From NCBI GenBank assembly GCA_030141605.1, contig JAQGDQ010000347.1, positions 64,759 to 128,758 of the forward strand: a stretch of DNA of 64,000 nucleotides. The letters are read 5' to 3'. Shown piece by piece: positions 11,079-20,967 of this stretch (positions within the stretch are counted from its first letter, which is position 1; every line of letters starts with the position of its first letter). Source of the stretch: Tubiluchus corallicola (Eukaryota > Animalia > Priapulida). Position numbers and translations under genes: made by a program. A model generated the notes under the pieces. The model saw nothing but the letters and a program-made list of their open reading frames with translations. It searched no databases and was not told the DNA's origin.

Positions 11079-11861
11079 TTATAACTCTATTTTATAAGTA
11101 GCCGGATCATGTCTAAGATCCAGGGTAATAGTATATGTACCCGCAGTAGTTAATGGAATAACCGGAGGGTCATCATCATCCTCTGTGGCTCTATACTGCA
11201 GCTGACCATATGCACCACCATATCCATACTGTGGCTGCCATTCACCATCAAAACGGAACTTAAAGGAACCCTCTTGGGCGGTAACATCTCCCTTTACCCA
11301 CAGGCCTGCTTCTACCTCTTTCATAATTATTACATCATCATCGGCCCAACCATTGAAGGCATCTCCAATCAACTCCCACGAGGGTGGTATATCAGAATAA
11401 GGTGCTGTAGTAAAAATAATAGAATTAGTTGAGTACATCGTATCTGCTAGTACTTCTTGAACTACCATTAACTTTAATTCAATGTCAACACTCTCACCCT
11501 CTGCTACCCCCAAGCCGTTGAAAATCCCATTATTCAAATCTTTAGTCACCATATAAAACTTCGTCCCACTTGTCTCTCCTATCGAGGTAGTGGTAGAAAA
11601 GTCTCCCCCCTTCCTGTCTATAATAACATAATACGTGGTTGCAATAGAAAGCCCATAATCAACAGCATCCCAGAATACACTATCTACTATCTCATCAGCA
11701 GCACCCTCCGATAAAGTGTAGGTCTCACCACTCTCAGGCGCTGTTATAATAGGAGACGTATAGGTATCACTGCCTCCTATTATTGTTTTATTATCCTTCT
11801 CACAAGAAAAAATAATGCCTGCGATTAAAATTGTTGTTAAAAATATATGTATCTGTTTCAT
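11079..11861 (-). CDS. susE: SusE-like surface starch-binding lipoprotein
   Basis: Lipobox IFSC, WDAVDYG, CBM-like LIGDAFNGW...FKFR; downstream of susD. Confidence 0.8.
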   Translation of the reverse strand: MKQIHIFLTTILIAGIIFSCEKDNKTIIGGSDTYTSPIITAPESGETYTLSEGAADEIVDSVFWDAVDYGLSIATTYYVIIDRKGGDFSTTTSIGETSGTKFYMVTKDLNNGIFNGLGVAEGESVDIELKLMVVQEVLADTMYSTNSIIFTTAPYSDIPPSWELIGDAFNGWADDDVIIMKEVEAGLWVKGDVTAQEGSFKFRFDGEWQPQYGYGGAYGQLQYRATEDDDDPPVIPLTTAGTYTITLDLRHDPATYKIEL

Positions 11862-11883
11862 AAAAAGCACTTTAATTTCAACA

Positions 11884-13464
11884 TTAATAACCGAGATTTT
11901 GTTCCAGTTTTGTGTTAGCCGTTATATCAGCAGCGGGTATAGGGAATAAATCGTATGTGGAACTTACCGACTTGCCATCCTTTACCCCTCCTTTCCATGG
12001 CCACATGTAATCTGTATCAGAAAACTTTCCAAAACGTATTAAATCAGTTCTTCTGTGACACTCCCAATAAAGCTCTCTGGCCCGCTCATCCAAAATAAAA
12101 TCGAGCGTAAGATCATCTTGATTTATATTACCAGAACTATTTCCATAAGCTCTTGCTCGCAGAGCATTGATATAACCCTCCGCATAACCTAAACGACCTT
12201 CTGCTCCTCCCCTTAGTACAGCTTCTGCGTACATAAGGTAGACATCAGCCAGACGAAACATAGGGAAATCGGTGTCAGGAAACTTAGCGGATGAACCAAT
12301 ACCGCCAGAGGAAACTTTATTGGTAAACTTCACGACCGAATACCCATGGTTAAAATTATGTATATCTTCTATCTCCAAGGTTTTACCATCATGAAAGAAC
12401 AGATACCGCTTATCATCAGGAGAGGTTGGAGGTGTAGTTGTAAACTTATCTATCAACGCTTTTGTTGTTCTTGTTCCACCCCAGCCACCTTCAACACCAT
12501 ATTCTACAGGATCCATATTCCCACCTATAGCACTGGCAATAATATACAAAGTTCCTCCCCATGTTTGTGTTCGCAACCCATCGAACCTTATGGGAAATAT
12601 AATCTCATTTTGTGCTCCATTGATATCATTATCTGCCATAAAAAGGTCTGCATAGTTGCTGTGTAAGGAGTAACCACTTTCTATTATTTTATTCAAATAC
12701 GTTATTGCCTCTGAGTATTTCCCTGCACCTACATAAACCTCAGCATTTAAATAGAGCTTAGCAAGCAACATCCAGGCAGCCGCCTTATCTGCCCTGCCAT
12801 AAGCTACCTGCTGAGGAGCTGAAAGTATCTCCTCTATATCTTTCAACTCAGCCTCTATATAATCAAACAGATCTTCCCTCTCTATCTGTTCCGGAAAAAA
12901 TGCACTTACTTCGTTATCCTCTGTAACAAAAGGAGGCCTGGCAAAAAGATCTATTGCGTGCCAATAGCTCAATGCTCTTAAAAACCTTGCCTCTGCTGCG
13001 TAAAGAGGAATATCTGTCCACTCCTCAGGAGCTTTTTGGGCCTGCCTTATAAACTCATTGCACAGCGTAACCTGATACATAATTCTCTGAAACATTGCTG
13101 TAACAAAAGAGTTTTGCGACGTCCAGCTCTGATTGTGAAAATCAGGAAGCCCCTCATCTGTCCACCCAACTACAGTTTCATCAGTAGGTAATTGCTGATG
13201 ATTAAAATATACTCTTAAATACGAATAAAAACCTTCATCTAAAACGTCAATATCGCTATTCCCGTCAGGCCCTTTCTGGCCGGTAACAGCAAGGCCTGCA
13301 TAGCACTTGGCTAATACACCCAGATAGACTTCAGGGCTGTCAAACACCTCATCCGTGGCCTTTATTTTATCGTCTATGGGTACTACTTCTAAATCCTTTA
13401 GGCAGGAGCTCAATAGAGCAACTCCCGCAATCACTATCAATAATATAATATTTTTTTGCTTCAT
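11884..13464 (-). CDS. susD: SusD/RagB outer-membrane lipoprotein
   Basis: Lipobox LSSC; AEARFLRAL, RLADVYLMYAEA, ERARELYWECHRRTDLIRFG. Confidence 0.95.
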   Translation of the reverse strand: MKQKNIILLIVIAGVALLSSCLKDLEVVPIDDKIKATDEVFDSPEVYLGVLAKCYAGLAVTGQKGPDGNSDIDVLDEGFYSYLRVYFNHQQLPTDETVVGWTDEGLPDFHNQSWTSQNSFVTAMFQRIMYQVTLCNEFIRQAQKAPEEWTDIPLYAAEARFLRALSYWHAIDLFARPPFVTEDNEVSAFFPEQIEREDLFDYIEAELKDIEEILSAPQQVAYGRADKAAAWMLLAKLYLNAEVYVGAGKYSEAITYLNKIIESGYSLHSNYADLFMADNDINGAQNEIIFPIRFDGLRTQTWGGTLYIIASAIGGNMDPVEYGVEGGWGGTRTTKALIDKFTTTPPTSPDDKRYLFFHDGKTLEIEDIHNFNHGYSVVKFTNKVSSGGIGSSAKFPDTDFPMFRLADVYLMYAEAVLRGGAEGRLGYAEGYINALRARAYGNSSGNINQDDLTLDFILDERARELYWECHRRTDLIRFGKFSDTDYMWPWKGGVKDGKSVSSTYDLFPIPAADITANTKLEQNLGY

Positions 13465-13483
13465 CACATCTATTTTTCAAAAA

Positions 13484-16453
13484 TTAAAAACTAGCATTTA
13501 TTCCCAATAAAAATGTTCTTGCCCTGGGATAAACACTCTTATCAATAGCATTCACTTCCGGATCCAAACCTTTATACGAGGTTATAGTAAAAACATTTTG
13601 TGCTGTGCCATAAACCCGCAAACTCAACTTATCTCCTATAAGTTTCTGGAAAGTATAACCTGCTGACAAATTATCTAATTTGAAATATGAGGCATTTTGC
13701 ACAAAATAATCCGACTTATATGTATCTGCAAAGCTGGTTTCAAACCCATTATCTAACCCTATTTTCAGCAAGTTTTGAGTGTACTGCTGCCCAACATTAT
13801 AAATATCCTGCTCAATCCCTCTTGTACGCTCCACATTATTATAAAGGTAGTTACCAAAACTTGCCCGGGATGTAAAAGAGGCATCCCAATTTTTGTATTG
13901 TGCTCTTGAAGATAGTCCGAAGTACACATCTGGAGCTGGACTTTTGTAGTGGTAAAGATCTTCTTCATTTATAATACCATCATTATTTCTATCTACATAA
14001 AGCCCTTCTATTGGCTTCCCATCCTCACCATAAACCTGTTCATAAACATAAAAACTACCTGCAGCATACCCCACACTATGTATCTGGACACTATTTGTTA
14101 TATGTACATCACCATGCTCTATTCCAACATAACTGGGATCATCCGTTAATGTAAGCTTCGTTATCTTGTTCCTGTTCATTGTCGCATTAAGACCCACTTC
14201 CCAGAAAAAATCTCTCCTGTTATTAAATACTATTCCATTAATAGCAACCTCAAGGCCATTATTCTCCAGGTTTCCTACATTTGTCAATATTCTATTTGTC
14301 AGATTGGAACCACTGGGGACATTTATTTGATTGATTAAATCTTTCGTCTCTCTTCTATAATAATCAATCGTTCCATATATCCTGTTTTTTAGAAAACCAT
14401 AATCTATCCCAATATTATAGGTTGTAGTCTCTTCCCATTTTAGATTTTCATCATAGCCATCAGGCCTGATAGTTGTTATATACTGATCTCCAAACGGGTA
14501 TTGCACTTTATCATCACCATAAGTATATTTTGCAATGGCAGGATAATCTCCGGAATTAATATCCTGTTGTCCGGTAATACCATAACCAAGGCGCAACTTC
14601 AAGTTAGACACAAAGTCCACATCTGCCATGAAACTCTCCTCTTTCATCCTCCAAGCAAAGGCCACAGAGGGGAACAAGCCCCAATGGTTAAGAAACCTGC
14701 TCGTTCCATCATATCTTAACGTAGCTGTTAAAAGGTACTTATCAGCATAAGTATAATTTGCACGGCCAAAAAATGAAATTAAATAATTCTCAGTTTTATT
14801 AACTACACTATCCAGTAAGTTTGTACCTAAAGCATTTGTCTTGTACTCATCATCATATACCCAGAAATGTTGCCAGGAGTATCCTCCCATAGCGCTTATC
14901 TTGTGCTTATCTATCTCTTTGCTATATGACAAATAACTCTCTAAAAGCTTGCTCTTTTTCTCCTGTGAATACCTCTTATCAGTCCCTCCAAAATTACTCT
15001 CTTCGGTTGTAGGATGGATAGCAAAATCAAAAGCAGCATTTTCAGGTATAAACACTGTTCCATCTGACTTTGAATAGTCATACCCCAGGTTTAAATGCAC
15101 ACTTAAATCCGGTAAAAAGTGCACCTTATATACCGTCTCTATATTCCCTATAAACCTGGAAACTTTTGACCTGTCATCTCTTTGCTCTAGCTCGGCAACA
15201 GGGTTTGAAGGAGCATCTTTATTAGGTGTGCTACCGCTTGTCCAGGTATAATATCCTCCCCATTGATTATCCTCCCTAACAGGCTGGGTAGGATCAATCC
15301 TAAGAGAATTCCCTGCAACATCAGACTCAGCAAACCTGTTTTTCACAAAAACCCCTCTGCCGTTAATATTAAACTTCAGATGATCTTCCAAAAAGCTCGG
15401 CGTTAGCCCTATTGACCCAGTAGTACGTTTAAACTCCGATGTACTTAAAATACCATCAATATCAGAATATCCTACAGAGGCCCTGTAAGGAATATTTTTG
15501 TAAGAACCTGTAAGGCTAAGATTATGATCCATACCAAAAGAGGTTCTGTACACCTCATCCTGCCAGTCAGTATTGGCATTGCCAAGTAAAGAGTAAGCCT
15601 CGCTATCTTCTCCAAACCTGTCTGCAACAAGACTCCTAAACTCATCTGCACTTAAAACCTCCAGCATTTTACCCGGAGTATATATGGCCCCATAAGCACT
15701 ATAGTCTATTTTTAGAGGTGCTCCCTTCTCTCCCTTTTTTGTCGTTATTACTATCACTCCATTGGAGGCACGCGAACCATAAATAGCAGTAGCCGAAGCA
15801 TCTTTTAGTATTGTAAAAGATTCAATATCATTAGGATTAATAGAACTTAGCGGATTACTCATCCCTTTGACCTCCTTATTATCCAATGGGACCCCATCCA
15901 ATACAATCAGAGGATCATTTGTGGCAGACAAAGAAGCTCCGCCCCTTATTCTTATTTGTGTGGCACTACCCGGTTGCCCACTTGCCGCGCTTACCTGAAC
16001 CCCAGAAACTTTACCAAGCAATAATTCATCTGCAGAAACAATAGACCCATGATTAAAATCCTCTTCGGATACCCCTACAACTGAACCCGTAGCATCTTCT
16101 TTTTTCTGGGAGCCATAGCCAATAACTAGTACCTGCTCCAAGCTAATGTTGGAAGACTGTAGCTGGACATTAATAACTCCCCTTGCTCCTACTACCTCCT
16201 CCTTGGCATCCATACCTATAAAAGAAAATACCAAAACTGCATCACCTGAGGAAACAGATAATGAATAAAAACCATCTATATCAGTAATGGTTCCTGATAA
16301 AGTCCCTTTTATAACCACGGACGCTCCTGCCAGAGGCTTTCCATAATCATCCAAAACGTTACCTGTAACAGCTCGCTCTTGCGAAAAGGCCGGGCTGGTA
16401 AATACTACCAACAAAAGCAGTATAAACGGCAACCCAATAAAATGTTTTTTCAT
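13484..16453 (-). CDS. susC: SusC-type TonB-dependent transporter
   Basis: DIESFTILKDASATAIYGSRASNGVIVITTKKG plug motif; terminal Phe. Confidence 0.97.
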   Translation of the reverse strand: MKKHFIGLPFILLLLVVFTSPAFSQERAVTGNVLDDYGKPLAGASVVIKGTLSGTITDIDGFYSLSVSSGDAVLVFSFIGMDAKEEVVGARGVINVQLQSSNISLEQVLVIGYGSQKKEDATGSVVGVSEEDFNHGSIVSADELLLGKVSGVQVSAASGQPGSATQIRIRGGASLSATNDPLIVLDGVPLDNKEVKGMSNPLSSINPNDIESFTILKDASATAIYGSRASNGVIVITTKKGEKGAPLKIDYSAYGAIYTPGKMLEVLSADEFRSLVADRFGEDSEAYSLLGNANTDWQDEVYRTSFGMDHNLSLTGSYKNIPYRASVGYSDIDGILSTSEFKRTTGSIGLTPSFLEDHLKFNINGRGVFVKNRFAESDVAGNSLRIDPTQPVREDNQWGGYYTWTSGSTPNKDAPSNPVAELEQRDDRSKVSRFIGNIETVYKVHFLPDLSVHLNLGYDYSKSDGTVFIPENAAFDFAIHPTTEESNFGGTDKRYSQEKKSKLLESYLSYSKEIDKHKISAMGGYSWQHFWVYDDEYKTNALGTNLLDSVVNKTENYLISFFGRANYTYADKYLLTATLRYDGTSRFLNHWGLFPSVAFAWRMKEESFMADVDFVSNLKLRLGYGITGQQDINSGDYPAIAKYTYGDDKVQYPFGDQYITTIRPDGYDENLKWEETTTYNIGIDYGFLKNRIYGTIDYYRRETKDLINQINVPSGSNLTNRILTNVGNLENNGLEVAINGIVFNNRRDFFWEVGLNATMNRNKITKLTLTDDPSYVGIEHGDVHITNSVQIHSVGYAAGSFYVYEQVYGEDGKPIEGLYVDRNNDGIINEEDLYHYKSPAPDVYFGLSSRAQYKNWDASFTSRASFGNYLYNNVERTRGIEQDIYNVGQQYTQNLLKIGLDNGFETSFADTYKSDYFVQNASYFKLDNLSAGYTFQKLIGDKLSLRVYGTAQNVFTITSYKGLDPEVNAIDKSVYPRARTFLLGINASF

Positions 16454-16765
16454 TTGTTTATTCAGTTTGTTTTCAATTAATTAGACAAAATCAATAATAT
16501 AAAACTATTACTCATAACATGTTAAAAAACTTTTGCTCCCACCAATAAATACAAAGTATTTGCAAATAGCTTTTTAACCATGCCTACCTCACAATTTTAC
16601 AGCGCCGATTTGAGACTAGTAAAAAGTTATTGAGACACAATATACACATATATTAACATAAATTTATATTTATTTTGAAATTTATTTTGAAATTCATCCT
16701 GATATACCAACTCTAGCAGTGCACCACATTTTTCAACCGGCTAAAGCTTTATAATGAAGCACAAT

Positions 16766-16906
16766 AAGATCTTTACAGATCGAAACAATTTGGCTCAGAC
16801 CAAAAATATAACCCAGTAAAAACCCGCAGCTTGCTGACGTAAATGAGGAACTTGAAGAGGACTCTCACGAAAATATTAATAAAAAGATGAATTTTGAAAA
16901 AATCTC
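16766..16906 (+). repeat. MITE-like repeat family A, copy
   Basis: AAAAACCCGCAGCTTGCTGACGTAAATGAGG...AAAATATTAATAAAAAGATGAATTTTGAAAAAATCTC. Confidence 0.75.
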
Positions 16907-16978
16907 ATCATACTACCGTCCAAACCTGCCTGCACTAAAAAGCATACCTAATCAAGCCCCCTGTTTTATAAAAACTGT

Positions 16979-16986
16979 TATATTTG
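16979..16986 (+). promoter_or_regulatory. -7 promoter element of tRNA-Arg
   Basis: TATATTTG, exact TANNTTTG match 20 bp upstream of the tRNA. Confidence 0.65.
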
Positions 16987-17005
16987 CACTGTTTTAGAAT
17001 TAGAT

Positions 17006-17079
17006 GGACCCGTAGCTTAATTGGATAGAGCACCTGACTACGGATCAGGAGGTTAGGGGTTCGACTCCCTTCGGGTTCA
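17006..17079 (+). tRNA. tRNA-Arg (anticodon ACG)
   Basis: Acceptor GGACCCG/CGGGTTC, anticodon arm CCTGA-CTACGGA-TCAGG, T-loop GTTCGACTC. Confidence 0.97.
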
Positions 17080-17083
17080 CTCG

Positions 17084-17127
17084 AAAGAGGGCATTTAGTC
17101 GTTTTGGCTGCTTGTCCTCTTTTTTTG
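17084..17127 (+). terminator. Intrinsic terminator after tRNA
   Basis: AAAGAGGGCA...TGTCCTCTTTTTTT. Confidence 0.55.
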
Positions 17128-17641
17128 CCCACACCTTTCTCCTTTCTTACCGTGACCCTAACTGCACTTATACATCTTTTAAGGTTTAAAGCTGTATTAG
17201 CAGAAAAGAATATATTATCTAAAGAGCTTTTAACCAGACACATAGATAAAAAAAGGATCTACTGCTTCAAAATGTTGTGCTAATGATGTTCAGCCTCCTG
17301 TTAAAGTTTAATGTTATTTGTTTTGCCAACAATATTCAAGTATCAGATTTTGAGATAGTAATAGGCAGTTTGTTGATCATAAACTAGCTAGCTCAAATGG
17401 CTCAATTGACGCTCGTAAGCATCAATTCCGGTTCAAATCGCCTATTCAGGGAAAAGAAGCCCAACTGATAAGGCATAATATGAACAGTTCATATTATGTA
17501 GTAAACTAAAAAATTAATGATACAAAATACTAATTTATGTTAAATTATACCTATATTTAAGCTATAATTACTGTTTGAAAGCTTAGTGCAGTTAAACCCT
17601 GTGCTAATCAATACACTATATTGCTAAACAACATTAAAAAA

Positions 17642-18142
17642 ATGAAGAGAAAAATTTCTACAATCATTGCTTTATTGATCACTACTTTTAGCTATTCGCA
17701 GAATGATTCAAGCTTAGCCATTGAGAAAGATAATAACTTAAAGATCAATGTTTTCTATTTATTAGCCGGATTTCCAGAATTCTCTTATGAGAGAATATTA
17801 GATGAGAATTCCGCAGTTGGAGTTTCATTAGCTTTTACTATAGACGATTATCTTATTGATAACTATAACTTTATTCTGTCACCTTACTATCGACTTTATT
17901 TTGGAAATAAAAGAGCAGCTGGATTTTTTATGGAGACCAATGGAGCAGTGTTTTCGGAAAAATATGATAAAAAGAAAAATGAAATAGGCGCAGGTATAGG
18001 TTTTTCCATTGGCGTAAAACTTCTAGCAAAAAATAATTGGACTGGAGAATTATCTTTTGGATTTGGGAGAAATTTTATAAATACAGACAAAATCAATGAT
18101 TTTTATTTGAGAAATAGTATAACATTCGGAAAACTATTTTAA
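17642..18142 (+). CDS. Small outer-membrane beta-barrel protein (DUF3575-like)
   Basis: Signal peptide ending YSQ; LKIN, SYERIL, PYYRLYF, terminal Phe. Confidence 0.7.
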   Translation: MKRKISTIIALLITTFSYSQNDSSLAIEKDNNLKINVFYLLAGFPEFSYERILDENSAVGVSLAFTIDDYLIDNYNFILSPYYRLYFGNKRAAGFFMETNGAVFSEKYDKKKNEIGAGIGFSIGVKLLAKNNWTGELSFGFGRNFINTDKINDFYLRNSITFGKLF

Positions 18143-18170
18143 AATAACGCGACACAAACTACAACTGCAA

Positions 18171-18208
18171 TTCTGGGTGTGTCCGGGCGCAGTCGAACAC
18201 ACCCGGAA
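18171..18208. repeat. REP-like hairpin
   Basis: TTCTGGGTGTGT...ACACACCCGGAA inverted repeat enclosing GCGCAGTCGAA. Confidence 0.4.
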
Positions 18209-18367
18209 CTGCTAAAGTCAATTTTAACCTGAAACTATTGTAAAATAAAAGAATTATAAGGGAAATATTACAGATAATCATAACTAAAAAGCGGCAGCAC
18301 TTTTTATAAAAAATTTACTATCTTCGTCACGGCCAGTAGGTCTTTAAAATTTAAGGTAGAAGGTAAT

Positions 18368-20110
18368 ATGAAAACATTATTAGAATCTATAACAGCTGTA
18401 CTATTACTTGCTTTTATAATATTGGGGTGTGAAAAAAACCCTCTCTCTGAAGGCAAAGAGATCACAGACTTTGTATTTAAGACAATTGATAACAACGGAC
18501 TAAGTGCCGATGTACACCCAGAAGAAATATCAGAGAATAAAATTACATTAGCAGTTCCCTATGAGACAGATGTAACTAGATTAAGGCCCACAATATCAAT
18601 AACAGGAGTATTCGTCAGTCCGATAAGTGGTACGCCAAACAACTTCACATATGAACCTATTTACACGGTAACAGCAGAAGATGGCAGCGTGAAGCATTAT
18701 ACTATAATAGTTGTACCAAAACCCTTTTTCAATATATTGAGTTATCATGTAAAAGGCAATCGCATAGGAGCAGGTGATTTTGAGACGGTAAACCTGTTTG
18801 AAATAAGTGGTATAGAAGTTGACGGTACTTATAATTATACATTGAAGATAGCAGATAAGGAGGAGTGGAATGGCTCATTAGAGATAGTAGGTGGTAAAGC
18901 CATAATAACCAACCGTCTTTCTGTTGAAGATTGGAACTCTATACCAGAAGGAGAGATTACTATTGTGTTAACCATAGCAGATGAACAATTTAACTATAGT
19001 ATTACCAAAGAGCAGTATAAGATAAAGAGTTGGCAGGATTTACAGGGGATGAAGTATGATTTAGAAGGCGATTATATCTTGGAGAATGACATATCTCTAC
19101 CTGATCCTTCCATAACGGACGGAGATTTCCCAGAGGAGCTTCCTGCAGAAGGTTTCGACCCTGTGGGTGATTTTAATGATAGATTTACAGGCTCATTTGA
19201 TGGAGGTAATTACGTAATAAGCAATTTCTTTATAAATAGGGACAAGGCTTATGTAGGTTTGTTTGGTTGTTCTAATGGTGCAACTATAAAGAATGTGGGT
19301 ATAGAAACATCAGCAGGCGGTGTGATGGGTAAGTTTCATGTCGGCGGCTTGGTGGGGTGGGACGATTGGGGCACTATTACCAACAGTTATGTTGCTGGTA
19401 GTGTAACAGGAGATACATTCAATATTGGTGGCCTGGTGGGGTATATTCGAAATGGCACTATTACCAACAGTTATGCTACGAGTAGTGTGACGAGCATGAA
19501 GAATGGTGAAAATGTTGGAGGCTTGGTGGGAAGTGGCAACACTGAAGTCGCTATTACCAACAGCTATGCTACGGGTAGTGTGACGGGGGGAGACAAAGCT
19601 GGGGGCTTGGTAGGGTATGGCGCTGTAGTCGCTATTGCCAACAGCTATGCTACGGGTAGTGTGGAGGGAAACCAGTATGTTGGCGGCCTGGTAGGGTATG
19701 GCGCTGTAGTCGCTATTGCCAACAGCTATGCTACGGGTAGTGTGACGGGGGGTAACGATGTTGGCGGCCTGGTGGGTCTTAGCAATGGCACTATTACTGC
19801 GAGTTATGCTACTGGGAATGTGACGGGAGCTAATGCTGGTGGCCTGGTGGGGAATAATAACTATACCATTATTGCCAACAGCTATTGGGATAAGGCCAGT
19901 ACAGAACAAGATGATTCTGATGGTGATGGTGGGACGGGTGTTTCCTCAGGAGCTAACTTGAAGCAAGAAGGAGATAAGTATATAGATAAAGAAGAAGATG
20001 GCACTGGCACCGACGAGGTTTTTGTTGACTGGAAGTTTGGTACAGATGATGATAATCCCTGGAAGTGGCTGGGAGAAGGTAAATGGCCTATTTTACATTG
20101 GGCAAAGTAA
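18368..20110 (+). CDS. Surface lipoprotein with Ig-like (DUF5018-like) N-domain and GLUG repeats
   Basis: Lipobox ILGC; YTVTAEDGS; FTGSFDGGNYVI; seven GGLVG...ITNSYATGSV repeats. Confidence 0.85.
   Translation: MKTLLESITAVLLLAFIILGCEKNPLSEGKEITDFVFKTIDNNGLSADVHPEEISENKITLAVPYETDVTRLRPTISITGVFVSPISGTPNNFTYEPIYTVTAEDGSVKHYTIIVVPKPFFNILSYHVKGNRIGAGDFETVNLFEISGIEVDGTYNYTLKIADKEEWNGSLEIVGGKAIITNRLSVEDWNSIPEGEITIVLTIADEQFNYSITKEQYKIKSWQDLQGMKYDLEGDYILENDISLPDPSITDGDFPEELPAEGFDPVGDFNDRFTGSFDGGNYVISNFFINRDKAYVGLFGCSNGATIKNVGIETSAGGVMGKFHVGGLVGWDDWGTITNSYVAGSVTGDTFNIGGLVGYIRNGTITNSYATSSVTSMKNGENVGGLVGSGNTEVAITNSYATGSVTGGDKAGGLVGYGAVVAIANSYATGSVEGNQYVGGLVGYGAVVAIANSYATGSVTGGNDVGGLVGLSNGTITASYATGNVTGANAGGLVGNNNYTIIANSYWDKASTEQDDSDGDGGTGVSSGANLKQEGDKYIDKEEDGTGTDEVFVDWKFGTDDDNPWKWLGEGKWPILHWAK
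19608..19744 (+). repeat. Exact 56-bp intragenic duplication, 81-bp period
   Basis: 19608-19663 identical to 19689-19744. Confidence 0.9.
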
Positions 20111-20143
20111 TTAAAAACAGGACTTAAAAAAGCGACAAGTGTG

Positions 20144-20200
20144 TTTCTGGCTGTTAATTACTAATAATATTAACAATATGTAATCAACGGTCAGAAAACA
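20144..20200 (+). terminator. Long hairpin downstream of GLUG gene
   Basis: TTTCTGGCTGTTAATTAC pairs with GTAATCAACGGTCAGAAA. Confidence 0.45.
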
Positions 20201-20330
20201 ATACACAATATTCGTGTAAAAGGGCACCTGCCTTCGCAGGTATGACATATTAAATGCCCCCTCTTAAAAATGTCATATTTCTTAGCGACTTCCTGAATGA
20301 CACCCCTTTCTTGAAGCACTTCGGGAACTA

Positions 20331-20536
20331 CTTTTGTTTTGGGTTTCGCCAGGAAAAACTGCCCTTAAAGGATTTTGATAGAAAAACAGCAAAAGGCGGA
20401 GCGAAAAATCTTCTCACTCTCTGAGCCTTTTACCAAAAGGCCAGTTTTGAGAAGATAGCGAAACCGAAAGAGTAAACTTTCATCAAAACCCATTTACAGA
20501 CTTGGCTTCTTGCCTCTTTTGTATCAAAACAAAAGA
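20331..20536 (+). repeat. Dispersed palindromic repeat family B, full copy
   Basis: Ends CTTTTGTTTTG / CAAAACAAAAG; internal blocks shared with 31405-31516 and 58528-58612. Confidence 0.65.
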
Positions 20537-20967
20537 ACGTAAAAAAAACATGTACAAACTTGATCTTTTACCTATAGGAATTTATTATACTCCAGATCAA
20601 AACATACAATCTCAGCAAAAATTAACTCTTAAAGGAGGGCTTAATTATAGTTTCCCCATAAAAAAGAGTGATAAATTTATAACTTTAGCACAGAAAGGAA
20701 TCGGTTTCACATGGGAAGTGGTGAGAAACCCAGAGATCTATTTGCAAATACTGATTGGCTGATACGCTAATTGACATGATGACAACATTTGCCAATTAAT
20801 CTGACTACAAACTATCTAATAATTTAGACAAAGATAGCTATAGTACTTTACAGGGTTCACTTGGCAGCAATTGCGAAGAACCTGCAAGGCCTCCTATAAC
20901 TCACCATGCTCTTAGTAGATGTTACCGCAATAAAATAATATACGACTTATTTAAAACAATTTATATA

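Noticed and set aside
16935-17243. 102-aa minus-strand ORF
   Set aside because: Antisense to the tRNA gene.
20225-20248. Short REP-like hairpin CACCTGCCTTCGCAGGTATGAC (and CTACGACTAAAGCCGTAG at ~31231)
   Set aside because: Single short copies with no associated HUH transposase; too little to support a call.
20502-20762. 86-aa ORF
   Set aside because: Begins inside a family B repeat and has no recognisable features.
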